From assembly GCA_964016885.1 (NCBI GenBank), contig OZ024740.1:228346001-228410000 (forward strand): a stretch of DNA of 64,000 bases, read 5' to 3'. The stretch comes from Eledone cirrhosa (taxonomy: Eukaryota). Under the pieces are notes generated by a model, which was given only the letters and a program-made list of their open reading frames with translations, was not told the origin of the DNA and searched no databases. Of this stretch, positions 12,001 through 24,000 are shown one piece after another. Each line of letters starts with the position of its first letter. Within the stretch, counting starts at the first letter, position 1. The position numbers were made by a program, and so were the translations under genes.

Positions 12001-15000
12001 GTTGTTGTTGTTGAAGTTAGTGTACTTGCTGTTGGAGGTAGTGTTGTTGTTGTTGGAGTTAGTGTTGTTGTTGTTGTTGGAGTTAGTGTTGTTGTTGTTG
12101 TTGGAGTTAGTGTTGTTGTTCTTGAAGTTAGTGTACTTGCTGTTGGAGGTAGTGTTGTTGTTGTTGGAGTTAGTGTTGTTGTTGTTGTTGGAGTTAGTGT
12201 TGTTGTTGTTGTTGAAGTTAGTGTACTTGCTGTTGGAGGTAGTGTTGTTGTTGTTGGAGTTAGTGTTGTTGTTGTTGTTAGAGTTAGTGTTGTTGTTGTT
12301 GTTGGAGTTAGTGTTGTTGTTGTTGTTGGAGTTAGTGTTGTTCTTGAAGTTAGTGTACTTGCTGTTGGAGGTAGTGTTGTTGTTGTTGAAGTTAGTGTAC
12401 TTGCTGTTGGAGGTAGTGTTGTTGTTGTTGAAGTTAGTGTACTTGCTGTTGGAGGAAGTGTTGTTGTTGTTGGAGTTAGTGTTGTTGTTGTTGTTGGAGT
12501 TAGTGTTGTTGTTGTTGTTAGAGTTAGTGTTGTTGTTGTTGAAGTTAGTGTACTTGCTGTTGGAGGTAGTGTTGTTGTTGTTGGAGTTAGTGTTGTTGTT
12601 GTTGTTAGAGTTAGTGTTGTTGTTGTTGAAGTTAGTGTTGTTGTTGTTGGAGTTAGTGTTGTTGTTGTTGGAGTTAGTGTTGTTGTTGTTGTTGGAGTTA
12701 GTGTTGTTGTTGTTGGAGTTAGTGTTGTTGTTGTTGGACTTAGTTTTGTTGTTGTTGGAGTTAGTGTTGTTGTTGGAGTTAGTGTTGTTGTTGCTGGAGT
12801 TAGTGTTGTTGTTGTTGTTGGAGTTAGTGTTGTTGTTGCTGGAGTTAGTGTTGTTGTTGTTGGAGTTAGTGTTGTTGTTGTTGTTGGAGTCAGTGTTGTT
12901 GTTGTTGGAGTTAGTGTTGTTGTTGTTGGAGTTAGTGTTGTTGTTGTTGGAGTTAGTGTTGTTGTTGTTGAAGTTAGTGTACTTGCTGTTGGAGGTAGTG
13001 TTGTTGTTGTTGGAGTTAGTGTTGTTGTTGTTGTTGGAGTTAGTGTTGTTGTTCTTGAAGTTAGTGTACTTGCTGTTGGAGGTAGTGTTGTCGTTGTTGG
13101 AGTTAGTGTTGTTGTTGTTGTTGGAGTTAGTGTTGTTGTTGTTGGAGTTAGTGTTGTTGTTCTTGAAGTTAGTGTACTTGCTGTTGGAGGTAGTGTTGTT
13201 GTTGTTGGAGTTAGTGTTGTTGTTGTTGTTGGAGTTAGTGTTGTTGTTGTTGAAGCTAGTGTACTTGCTGTTGGAGGTAGTGTTGTTGTTGTTGGAGTTA
13301 GTGTTGTTGTTGTTGTTGGAGTTAGTGTTGTTGTTGTTGAAGGTAGTGTACTTGCTGTTGGAGGAAGTGTTGTTGTTGTTGGAGTTAGTGTTGTTGTTGT
13401 TGGAGTTAGTGTTGTTGTTGTTGTTAGAGTTAGTGTTGTTGTTGTTGTTGAAGTTATTGTACTTGCTGTTGGAGGTAGTGTTGTTGTTGTTGGAGTTAGT
13501 GTTGTTGTTGTTAGAGTTAGTGTTGTTGTTGTTGAAGTTAGTGTTGTTGTTGTTGGAGTTAGTGTTGTTGTTGTTGGAGTTAGTGTTGTTGTTGTTGTTG
13601 GAGTTAGTGTTGTTGTTGTTGGAGTTAGTGTTGTTGTTGTTGGACTTAGTGTTGTTGTTGTTGGAGTTAGTGTTGTTGTTGCTGGAGTTAGTGTTATTTT
13701 TGTTGTTGGAGTTAGTGTTGTTGTTGCTGGAGTTAGTGTTGTTGTTGTTGGAGTTAGTGTTGTTGTTGTTGTTGGAGTTAGTGTTGTTGTTGTTGGAGTT
13801 AGTGTTGTTGTTGTTGGAGTTAGTGTTGTTGTTGTTGGAGTTAGTGTTGTTGTTGTTGAAGTTAGTGTACTTGCTGTTGGAGGTAGTGTTGTTGTTGTTG
13901 GAGTTAGTGTTGTTGTTGTTGTTGGAGTTAGTGTTGTTGTTGTTGTTGTTGGAGTTAGTGTTGTTGTTCTTGAAGTTAGTGTACTTGCTGTTGGAGGTAG
14001 TGTTGTTGTTGTTGGAGTTAGTGTTGTTGTTGTTGTTGGAGTTAGTGTTGTTGTTGTTGAAGTTAGTGTACTTGCTGTTGGAGGTAGTGTTGTTGTTGTT
14101 GGAGTTAGTGTTGTTGTTGTTGTTAGAGTTAGTGTTGTTGTTGTTGTTGGAGTTAGTGTTGTTGTTGTTGTTGGAGTTAGTGTTGTTGTTGTTGGAGTTA
14201 GTGTTGTTGTTGTTGGAGTTAGTGTTGTTGTTGTTGGACTTAGTGTTGTTGTTGTTGGAGTTAGTGTTGTTGTTGGAGTTAGTGTTGTTGTTGCTGGAGT
14301 TAGTGTTGTTGTTGTTGTTGGAGTTAGTGTTGTTGTTGCTGGAGTTAGTGTTGTTGTTGTTGGAGTTAGTGTTGTTGTTGTTGTTGGAGTTAGTGTTGTT
14401 GTTGTTGGAGTTAGTGTTGTTGTTGTTGGAGTTAGTGTTGTTGTTGTTGGAGTTAGTGTTGTTGTTGTTGGAGTTAGTGTTGTTGTTGTTGAAGTTAGTG
14501 TACTTGCTGTTGGAGGTAGTGTTGTTGTTGTTGGAGTTAGTGTTGTTGTTGTTGTTGTTGGAGTTAGTGTTGTTGTTGTTGTTGGAGTTAGTGTTGTTGT
14601 TGTTGTTAGAGTTAGTGTTGTTGTTGTTGAAGTTAGTGTACTTGCTGTTAGAGGTAGTGTTGTTGTTGTTGGAGTTAGTGTTGTTGTTGTTGTTAGAGTT
14701 AGTGTTGTTGTTGTTGAAGTTAGTGTTGTTGTTGTTGGAGTTAGTGTTGTTGTTGTTGGAGTTAGTGTTGTTGTTGTTGTTGGAGTTAGTGTTGTTGTTG
14801 TTGGAGTTAGTGTTGTTGTTGTTGTTAGAGTTAGTGTTGTTGTTGTTGAAGTTAGTGTTGTTGTTGTTGGAGTTAGTGTTGTTGTTGTTGGAGTTAGTGT
14901 TGTTGTTGTTGGAGTTAGTGTTGTTGTTGTTGGAGTTAGTGTTGTTGTTCTTGAAGTTAGTGTACTTGCTGTTGGAGGTAGTGTTGTTGTTGTTGGAGTT

Positions 15001-18000
15001 AGTGTTGTTGTTGTTGTTGGAGTTAGTGTTGTTGTTGTTGAAGTTAGTGTACTTGCTGTTGGAGGTAGTGTTGTTGTTGTTGGAGTTAGTGTTGTTGTTG
15101 TTGTTGGAGTTAGTGTTGTTGTTGTTGAAGGTAGTGTACTTGCTGTTGGAGGAAGTGTTGTTGTTGTTGGAGTTAGTGTTGTTGTTGTTGTTGGAGTTAG
15201 TGTTGTTGTTGTTGGAGTTAGTGTTGTTGTTGTTGTTAGAGTTAGTGTTGTTGTTGTTGTTGAAGTTATTGTACTTGCTGTTGGAGGTAGTGTTGTTGTT
15301 GTTGGAGTTAGTGTTGTTGTTGTTGTTAGAGTTAGTGTTGTTGTTGTTGAAGTTAGTGTTGTTGTTGTTGGAGTTAGTGTTGTTGTTGTTGGAGTTAGTG
15401 TTGTTGTTGTTGTTGGAGTTAGTGTTGTTGTTGTTGGAGTTAGTGTTGTTGTTGTTGGACTTAGTGTTGTTGTTGTTGGAGTTAGTGTTGTTGTTGGAGT
15501 TAGTGTTGTTGTTGTTCTTGGAGTTAGTGTTGTTGTTGCTGGAGTTAGTGTTGTTGTTGTTGGAGTTAGTGTTGTTGTTGTTGTTGGAGTTAGTGTTGTT
15601 GTTGTTGGAGTTAGTGTTGTTGTTGTTGGAGTTAGTGTTGTTGTTGTTGGAGTTAGTGTTGTTGTTGTTGAAGTTAGTGTACTTGCTGTTGGAGGTAGTG
15701 TTGTTGTTGTTGGAGTTAGTGTTGTTGTTGTTGTTGGAGTTAGTGTTGTTGTTGTTGTTGGAGTTAGTGTTGTTGTTCTTGAAGTTAGTGTACTTGCTGT
15801 TGGAGGTAGTGTTGTTGTTGTTGGAGTTAGTGTTGTTGTTGTTGTTGGAGTTAGTGTTGTTGTTGTTGTTGAAGTTAGTGTACTTGCTGTTGGAGGTAGT
15901 GTTGTTGTTGTTGGAGTTAGTGTTGTTGTTGTTGTTAGAGTTAGTGTTGTTGTTGTTGTTGGAGTTAGTGTTGTTGTTGTTGTTGGAGTTAGTGTTGTTC
16001 TTGAAGTTAGTGTACTTGCTGTTGGAGGTAGTGTTGTTGTTGTTGAAGTTAGTGTACTTGCTGTTGGAGGTAGTGTTGTTGTTGTTGAAGTTAGTGTACT
16101 TGCTGTTGGAGGAAGTGTTGTTGTTGTTGGAGTTAGTGTTGTTGTTGTTGTTGGAGTTAGTGTTGTTGTTGTTGTTAGAGTTAGTGTTGTTGTTGTTGAA
16201 GTTAGTGTACTTGCTGTTGGAGGTAGTGTTGTTGTTGTTGGAGTTAGTGTTGTTGTTGTTAGAGTTAGTGTTGTTGTTGTTGAAGTTAGTGTTGTTGTTG
16301 TTGGAGTTAGTGTTGTTGTTGTTGGAGTTAGTGTTGTTGTTGTTGTTGGAGTTAGTGTTGTTGTTGTTGGAGTTAGTGTTGTTGTTGTTGGACTTAGTTT
16401 TGTTGTTGTTGGAGTTAGTGTTGTTGTTGGAGTTAGTGTTGTTGTTGCTGGAGTTAGTGTTGTTGTTGTTGTTGGAGTTAGTGTTGTTGTTGCTGGAGTT
16501 AGTGTTGTTGTTGTTGGAGTTAGTGTTGTTGTTGTTGTTGGAGTCAGTGTTGTTGTTGTTGGAGTTAGTGTTGTTGTTGTTGGAGTTAGTGTTGTTGTTG
16601 TTGGAGTTAGTGTTGTTGTTGTTGAAGTTAGTGTACTTGCTGTTGGAGGTAGTGTTGTTGTTGTTGGAGTTAGTGTTGTTGTTGTTGTTGGAGTTAGTGT
16701 TGTTGTTCTTGAAGTTAGTGTACTTGCTGTTGGAGGTAGTGTTGTCGTTGTTGGAGTTAGTGTTGTTGTTGTTGTTGGAGTTAGTGTTGTTGTTGTTGGA
16801 GTTAGTGTTGTTGTTCTTGAAGTTAGTGTACTTGCTGTTGGAGGTAGTGTTGTTGTTGTTGGAGTTAGTGTTGTTGTTGTTGTTGGAGTTAGTGTTGTTG
16901 TTGTTGAAGCTAGTGTACTTGCTGTTGGAGGTAGTGTTGTTGTTGTTGGAGTTAGTGTTGTTGTTGTTGTTGGAGTTAGTGTTGTTGTTGTTGAAGGTAG
17001 TGTACTTGCTGTTGGAGGAAGTGTTGTTGTTGTTGGAGTTAGTGTTGTTGTTGTTGTTGGAGTTAGTGTTGTTGTTGTTGGAGTTAGTGTTGTTGTTGTT
17101 GTTAGAGTTAGTGTTGTTGTTGTTGTTGAAGTTATTGTACTTGCTGTTGGAGGTAGTGTTGTTGTTGTTGGAGTTAGTGTTGTTGTTGTTAGAGTTAGTG
17201 TTGTTGTTGTTGAAGTTAGTGTTGTTGTTGTTGGAGTTAGTGTTGTTGTTGTTGGAGTTAGTGTTGTTGTTGTTGTTGGAGTTAGTGTTGTTGTTGTTGG
17301 AGTTAGTGTTGTTGTTGTTGGACTTAGTGTTGTTGTTGTTGGAGTTAGTGTTGTTGTTGCTGGAGTTAGTGTTATTGTTGTTGTTGGAGTTAGTGTTGTT
17401 GTTGCTGGAGTTAGTGTTGTTGTTGTTGGAGTTAGTGTTGTTGTTGTTGTTGGAGTTAGTGTTGTTGTTGTTGGAGTTAGTGTTGTTGTTGTTGGAGTTA
17501 GTGTTGTTGTTGTTGGAGTTAGTGTTGTTGTTGTTGAAGTTAGTGTACTTGCTGTTGGAGGTAGTGTTGTTGTTGTTGGAGTTAGTGTTGTTGTTGTTGT
17601 TGGAGTTAGTGTTGTTGTTGTTGTTGTTGGAGTTAGTGTTGTTGTTCTTGAAGTTAGTGTACTTGCTGTTGGAGGTAGTGTTGTTGTTGTTGGAGTTAGT
17701 GTTGTTGTTGTTGTTGGAGTTAGTGTTGTTGTTGTTGAAGTTAGTGTACTTGCTGTTGGAGGTAGTGTTGTTGTTGTTGGAGTTAGTGTTGTTGTTGTTG
17801 TTAGAGTTAGTGTTGTTGTTGTTGTTGGAGTTAGTGTTGTTGTTGTTGTTGGAGTTAGTGTTGTTGTTGTTGGAGTTAGTGTTGTTGTTGTTGGAGTTAG
17901 TGTTGTTGTTGTTGGACTTAGTGTTGTTGTTGTTGGAGTTAGTGTTGTTGTTGGAGTTAGTGTTGTTGTTGCTGGAGTTAGTGTTGTTGTTGTTGGAGTT

Positions 18001-21000
18001 AGTGTTGTTGTTGTTGTTGGAGTTAGTGTTGTTGTTGTTGGAGTTAGTGTTGTTGTTGTTGGAGTTAGTGTTGTTGTTGTTGGAGTTAGTGTTGTTGTTG
18101 TTGGAGTTAGTGTTGTTGTTGTTGAAGTTAGTGTACTTGCTGTTGGAGGTAGTGGTGTTGTTGTTGGAGTTAGTGTTGTTGTTGTTGTTGTTGGAGTTAG
18201 TGTTGTTGTTGTTGTTGGAGTTAGTGTTGTTGTTGTTGTTAGAGTTAGTGTTGTTGTTGTTGAAGTTAGTGTACTTGCTGTTGGAGGTAGTGTTGTTGTT
18301 GTTGGAGTTAGTGTTGTTGTTGTTGTTAGAGTTAGTGTTGTTGTTGTTGAAGTTAGTGTTGTTGTTGTTGGAGTTAGTGTTGTTGTTGTTGGAGTTAGTG
18401 TTGTTGTTGTTGTTGGAGTTAGTGTTGTTGTTGTTGGAGTTAGTGTTGTTGTTGTTGTTAGAGTTAGTGTTGTTGTTGTTGAAGTTAGTGTTGTTGTTGT
18501 TGGAGTTAGTGTTGTTGTTGTTGGAGTTAGTGTTGTTGTTGTTGGAGTTAGTGTTGTTGTTGTTGGATTTAGTGTTGTTGTTGTTGGACTTAGTGTTGTT
18601 GTTGTTGGAGTTAGTGTTGTTGTTGTTGGAGTTAGTGTTGTTGTTGTTGTTGGAGTTAGTGTTGTTGTTGTTGGAGTTAGTGTTGTTGTTGTTGTTAGAG
18701 TTAGTGTTGTTGTTGTTGAAGTTAGTGTACTTGCTGTCGGAGGTAGTGTTGTTGTTGTTGGAGTTAGTGTTGCTGTTGTTGTTAGAGTTAGTGTTGTTGT
18801 TGTTGAAGTTAGTGTTGTTGTTGTTGGAGTTAGTGTTGTTGTTGTTGGAGTTAGTGTTGTTGTTGTTGGAGTTAGTGTTGTTGTTGTTGTTGGAGTTAGT
18901 GTTGTTCTTGAAGTTAGTGTACTTGCTGTTGGAGGTAGTGTTGTTGTTGTTGGAGTTAGTGTTGTTGTTGTTGTTGGAGTTAGTGTTGTTGTTGTTGAAG
19001 TTAGTGTACTTGCTGTTGGAGGTAGTGTTGTTGTTGTTGAAGTTAGTGTACTTGCTGTTGGAGGAAGTGTTGTTGTTGTTGGAGTTAGTGTTGTTGTTGT
19101 TGTTGGAGTTAGTGTTGTTGTTGTTGTTAGAGTTAGTGTTGTTGTTGTTGAAGTTAGTGTACTTGCTGTTGGAGGTGGTGTTGTTGTTGTTGGAGTTAGT
19201 GTTGTTGTTGCTGTTAAAGTTAGTGTTGTTGTTGTTGAAGTTAGTGTTGTTGTTGTTGGAGTTAGTGTTGTTGTTGTTGGAGTTAGTGTTGTTGTTGTTG
19301 TTGGAGTTAGTGTTGTTGTTGTTGGAGTTAGTGTTGTTGTTGGACTTAGTGTTGTTGTTGTTGGAGTTAGTGTTGTTGTTGGAGTTAGTGTTGTTGTTGC
19401 TGGAGTTAGTGTTGTTGTTGTTGTTGGAGTTAGTGTTGTTGTTGCTGGAGTTAGTGTTGTTGTTGTTGGAGTTAGTGTTGTTTTTGTTGTTGGAGTAAGT
19501 GTTGTTGTTGTTGGAGTTAGTGTTGTTGTTGTTGGAGTTAGTGTTGTTGTTGTTGGAGTTAGTGTTGTTGTTGTTGAAGTTAGTGTACTTGCTGTTGGAG
19601 GTAGTGTTGTTGTTGTTGGAGTTAGTGTTGTTGTTGTTGTTGGAGTTAGTGTTGTTGTTCTTGAAGTTAGTGTACTTGCTGTTGGAGGTAGTGTTGTTGT
19701 TGTTGGAGTTAGTGTTGTTGTTGTTGTTGGAGTTAGTGTTGTTGTTGTTGGAGTTAGTGTTGTTGTTCTTGAAGTTAGTGTACTTGCTGTTGGAGGTAGT
19801 GTTGTTGTTGTTGGAGTTAGTGTTGTTGTTGTTGTTGGAGTTAGTGTTGTTGTTGTTGAAGTTAGTGTACTTGCTGTTGGAGGTAGTGTTGTTGTTGTTG
19901 GAGTTAGTGTTGTTGTTGTTGTTGGAGTTAGTGTTGTTGTTGTTGAAGGTAGTGTACTTGCTGTTGGAGGAAGTGTTGTTGTTGTTGGAGTTAGCGTTGT
20001 TGTTGTTGTTGGAGTTAGTGTTGTTGTTGTTGGAGTTAGTGTTGTTGTTGTTGTTAGAGTTAGTGTTGTTGTTGTTGTTGAAGTTATTGTACTTGCTGTT
20101 GGAGGTAGTGTTGTTGTTGTTGGAGTTAGTGTTGTTGTTGTTAGAGTTAGTGTTGTTGTTGTTGAAGTTAGTGTTGTTGTTGTTGGAGTTAGTGTTGTTG
20201 TTGTTGGAGTTAGTGTTGTTGTTGTTGTTGGAGTTAGTGTTGTTGTTGTTGGAGTTAGTGTTGTTGTTGTTGGACTTAGTGTTGTTGTTGTTGGAGTTAG
20301 TGTTGTTGTTGGAGTTAGTGTTGTTGTTGTTCTTGGAGTTAGTGTTGTTGTTGCTGGAGTTAGTGTTGTTGTTGTTGGAGTTAGTGTTGTTGTTGTTGTT
20401 GGAGTTAGTGTTGTTGTTGTTGGAGTTAGTGTTGTTGTTGTTGGAGTTAGTGTTGTTGTTGTTGGAGTTAGTGTTGTTGTTGTTGAAGTTAGTGTACTTG
20501 CTGTTGGAGGTAGTGTTGTTGTTGTTGGAGTTAGTGTTGTTGTTGTTGTTGGAGTTAGTGTTGTTGTTGTTGTTGGAGTTAGTGTTGTTGTTCTTGAAGT
20601 TAGTGTACTTGCTGTTGGAGGTAGTGTTGTTGTTGTTGGAGTTAGTGTTGTTGTTGTTGTTGGAGTTAGTGTTGTTGTTGTTGTTGTTGAAGTTAGTGTA
20701 CTTGCTGTTGGAGGTAGTGTTGTTGTTGTTGGAGTTAGTGTTGTTGTTGTTGTTAGAGTTAGTGTTGTTGTTGTTGTTGGAGTTAGTGTTGTTGTTGTTG
20801 GAGTTAGTGTTGTTGTTGTTGGAGTTAGTGTTGTTGTTGTTGTTGGAGTTAGTGTTGTTCTTGAAGTTAGTGTACTTGCTGTTGGAGGTAGTGTTGTTGT
20901 TGTTGGAGTTAGTGTTGTTGTTGTTGTTGGAGTTAGTGTTGTTGTTGTTGAAGTTAGTGTACTTGCTGTTGGAGGTAGTGTTGTTGTTGTTGAAGTTAGT

Positions 21001-24000
21001 GTACTTGCTGTTGGAGGAAGTGTTGTTGTTGTTGGAGTTAGTGTTGTTGTTGTTGTTGGAGTTAGTGTTGTTGTTGTTGTTAGAGTTAGTGTTGTTGTTG
21101 TTGAAGTTAGTGTACTTGCTGTTGGAGGTGGTGTTGTTGTTGTTGGAGTTAGTGTTGTTGTTGCTGTTAAAGTTAGTGTTGTTGTTGTTGAAGTTAGTGT
21201 TGTTGTTGTTGGAGTTAGTGTTGTTGTTGTTGGAGTTAGTGTTGTTGTTGTTGTTGGAGTTAGTGTTGTTGTTGTTGGAGTTAGTGTTGTTGTTGGACTT
21301 AGTGTTGTTGTTGTTGGAGTTAGTGTTGTTGTTGGAGTTAGTGTTGTTGTTGCTGGAGTTAGTGTTGTTGTTGTTGTTGGAGTTAGTGTTGTTGTTGCTG
21401 GAGTTAGTGTTGTTGTTGTTGGAGTTAGTGTTGTTTTTGTTGTTGGAGTAAGTGTTGTTGTTGTTGGAGTTAGTGTTGTTGTTGTTGGAGTTAGTGTTGT
21501 TGTTGTTGGAGTTAGTGTTGTTGTTGTTGAAGTTAGTGTACTTGCTGTTGGAGGTAGTGTTGTTGTTGTTGGAGTTAGTGTTGTTGTTGTTGTTGGAGTT
21601 AGTGTTGTTGTTCTTGAAGTTAGTGTACTTGCTGTTGGAGGTAGTGTTGTTGTTGTTGGAGTTAGTGTTGTTGTTGTTGTTGGAGTTAGTGTTGTTGTTG
21701 TTGGAGTTAGTGTTGTTGTTCTTGAAGTTAGTGTACTTGCTGTTGGAGGTAGTGTTGTTGTTGTTGGAGTTAGTGTTGTTGTTGTTGTTGGAGTTAGTGT
21801 TGTTGTTGTTGAAGTTAGTGTACTTGCTGTTGGAGGTAGTGTTGTTGTTGTTGGAGTTAGTGTTGTTGTTGTTGTTGGAGTTAGTGTTGTTGTTGTTGAA
21901 GGTAGTGTACTTGCTGTTGGAGGAAGTGTTGTTGTTGTTGGAGTTAGTGTTGTTGTTGTTGTTGGAGTTAGTGTTGTTGTTGTTGGAGTTAGTGTTGTTG
22001 TTGTTGTTAGAGTTAGTGTTGTTGTTGTTGTTGAAGTTATTGTACTTGCTGTTGGAGGTAGTGTTGTTGTTGTTGGAGTTAGTGTTGTTGTTGTTAGAGT
22101 TAGTGTTGTTGTTGTTGAAGTTAGTGTTGTTGTTGTTGGAGTTAGTGTTGTTGTTGTTGGAGTTAGTGTTGTTGTTGTTGTTGGAGTTAGTGTTGTTGTT
22201 GTTGGAGTTAGTGTTGTTGTTGTTGGACTTAGTGTTGTTGTTGTTGGAGTTAGTGTTGTTGTTGGAGTTAGTGTTGTTGTTGTTCTTGGAGTTAGTGTTG
22301 TTGTTGCTGGAGTTAGTGTTGTTGTTGTTGGAGTTAGTGTTGTTGTTGTTGTTGGAGTTAGTGTTGTTGTTGTTGGAGTTAGTGTTGTTGTTGTTGGAGT
22401 TAGTGTTGTTGTTGTTGGAGTTAGTGTTGTTGTTGTTGAAGTTAGTGTACTTGCTGTTGGAGGTAGTGTTGTTGTTGTTGGAGTTAGTGTTGTTGTTGTT
22501 GTTGGAGTTAGTGTTGTTGTTGTTGTTGGAGTTAGTGTTGTTGTTCTTGAAGTTAGTGTACTTGCTGTTGGAGGTAGTGTTGTTGTTGTTGGAGTTAGTG
22601 TTGTTGTTGTTGTTGGAGTTAGTGTTGTTGTTGTTGTTGTTGAAGTTAGTGTACTTGCTGTTGGAGGTAGTGTTGTTGTTGTTGGAGTTAGTGTTGTTGT
22701 TGTTGTTAGAGTTAGTGTTGTTGTTGTTGTTGGAGTTAGTGTTGTTGTTGTTGTTGGAGTTAGTGTTGTTCTTGAAGTTAGTGTACTTGCTGTTGGAGGT
22801 AGTGTTGTTGTTGTTGAAGTTAGTGTACTTGCTGTCGGAGGTAGTGTTGTTGTTGTTGGAGTTAGTGTTGTTGTTGTTGTTAGAGTTAGTGTTGTTGTTG
22901 TTGAAGTTAGTGTTGTTGTTGTTGGAGTTAGTGTTGTTGTTGTTGGAGTTAGTGTTGTTGTTGTTGGAGTTAGTGTTGTTGTTGTTGGAGTTAGTGTTGT
23001 TGTTGTTGGAGTTAGTGTTGCTGTTGTTGAAGTTAGTGTACTTGCTGTTGGAGGTAGTGTTGTTGTTGTTGGAGTTAGTGTTGTTGTTGCTGTTGGAGTT
23101 AGTGTTGTTGTTGCTGGAGTTAGTGTTGTTGTTGTTGGAGTCAGTGTTGTTGTTGGAGTTAGTGTTGTTGTTGCTGGAGTTAGTGTTGTTGTTGTTGTTG
23201 GAGTTAGTGTTGTTGTTGCTGGAGTTAGTGTTGTTGTTGTTGGAGTTAGTGTTGTTGTTGTTGTTGGAGTTATTGTTGTTGTTGTTGGAGTTAGTGTTGT
23301 TGTTGTTGGAGTTAGTGTTGTTGTTGTTGAAGTTAGTGTACTTGCTGTTGGAGGTAGTGTTGTTGTTGTTGGAGTTAGTGTTGTTGTTGTTGTTGGAGTT
23401 AGTGTTGTTGTTGTTGAAGTTAGTGTACTTGCTGTTGGAGGTAGTGTTGTTGTTGTTGAAGTTAGTGTACTTGCTGTTGGAGGAAGTGTTGTTGTTGTTG
23501 GAGTTAGTGTTGTTGTTGTTGTTGGAGTTAGTGTTGTTGTTGTTGTTAGAGTTAGTGTTGTTGTTGTTGAAGTTAGTGTACTTGCTGTTGGAAGTGGTGT
23601 TGTTGTTGTTGGAGTTAGTGTTGTTGTTGTTGTTAAAGTTAGTGTTGTTGTTGTTGAAGTTAGTGTTGTTGTTGTTGGAGTTAGTGTTGTTGTTGTTGGA
23701 GTTAGTGTTGTTGTTGTTGTTGGAGTTAGTGTTGTTGTTGTTGGAGTTAGTGTTGTTGTTGGACTTAGTGTTGTTGTTGTTGGAGTTAGTGTTGTTGTTG
23801 GAGTTAGTGTTGTTGTTGCTGGAGTTAGTGTTGTTGTTGTTGTTGGAGTTAGTGTTGTTGTTGCTGGAGTTAGTGTTGTTGTTGTTGGAGTTAGTGTTGT
23901 TTTTGTTGTTGGAGTTAGTGTTGTTGTTGTTGGAGTTAGTGTTGTTGTTGTTGGAGTTAGTGTTGTTGTTGTTGGAGTTAGTGTTGTTGTTGTTGAAGTT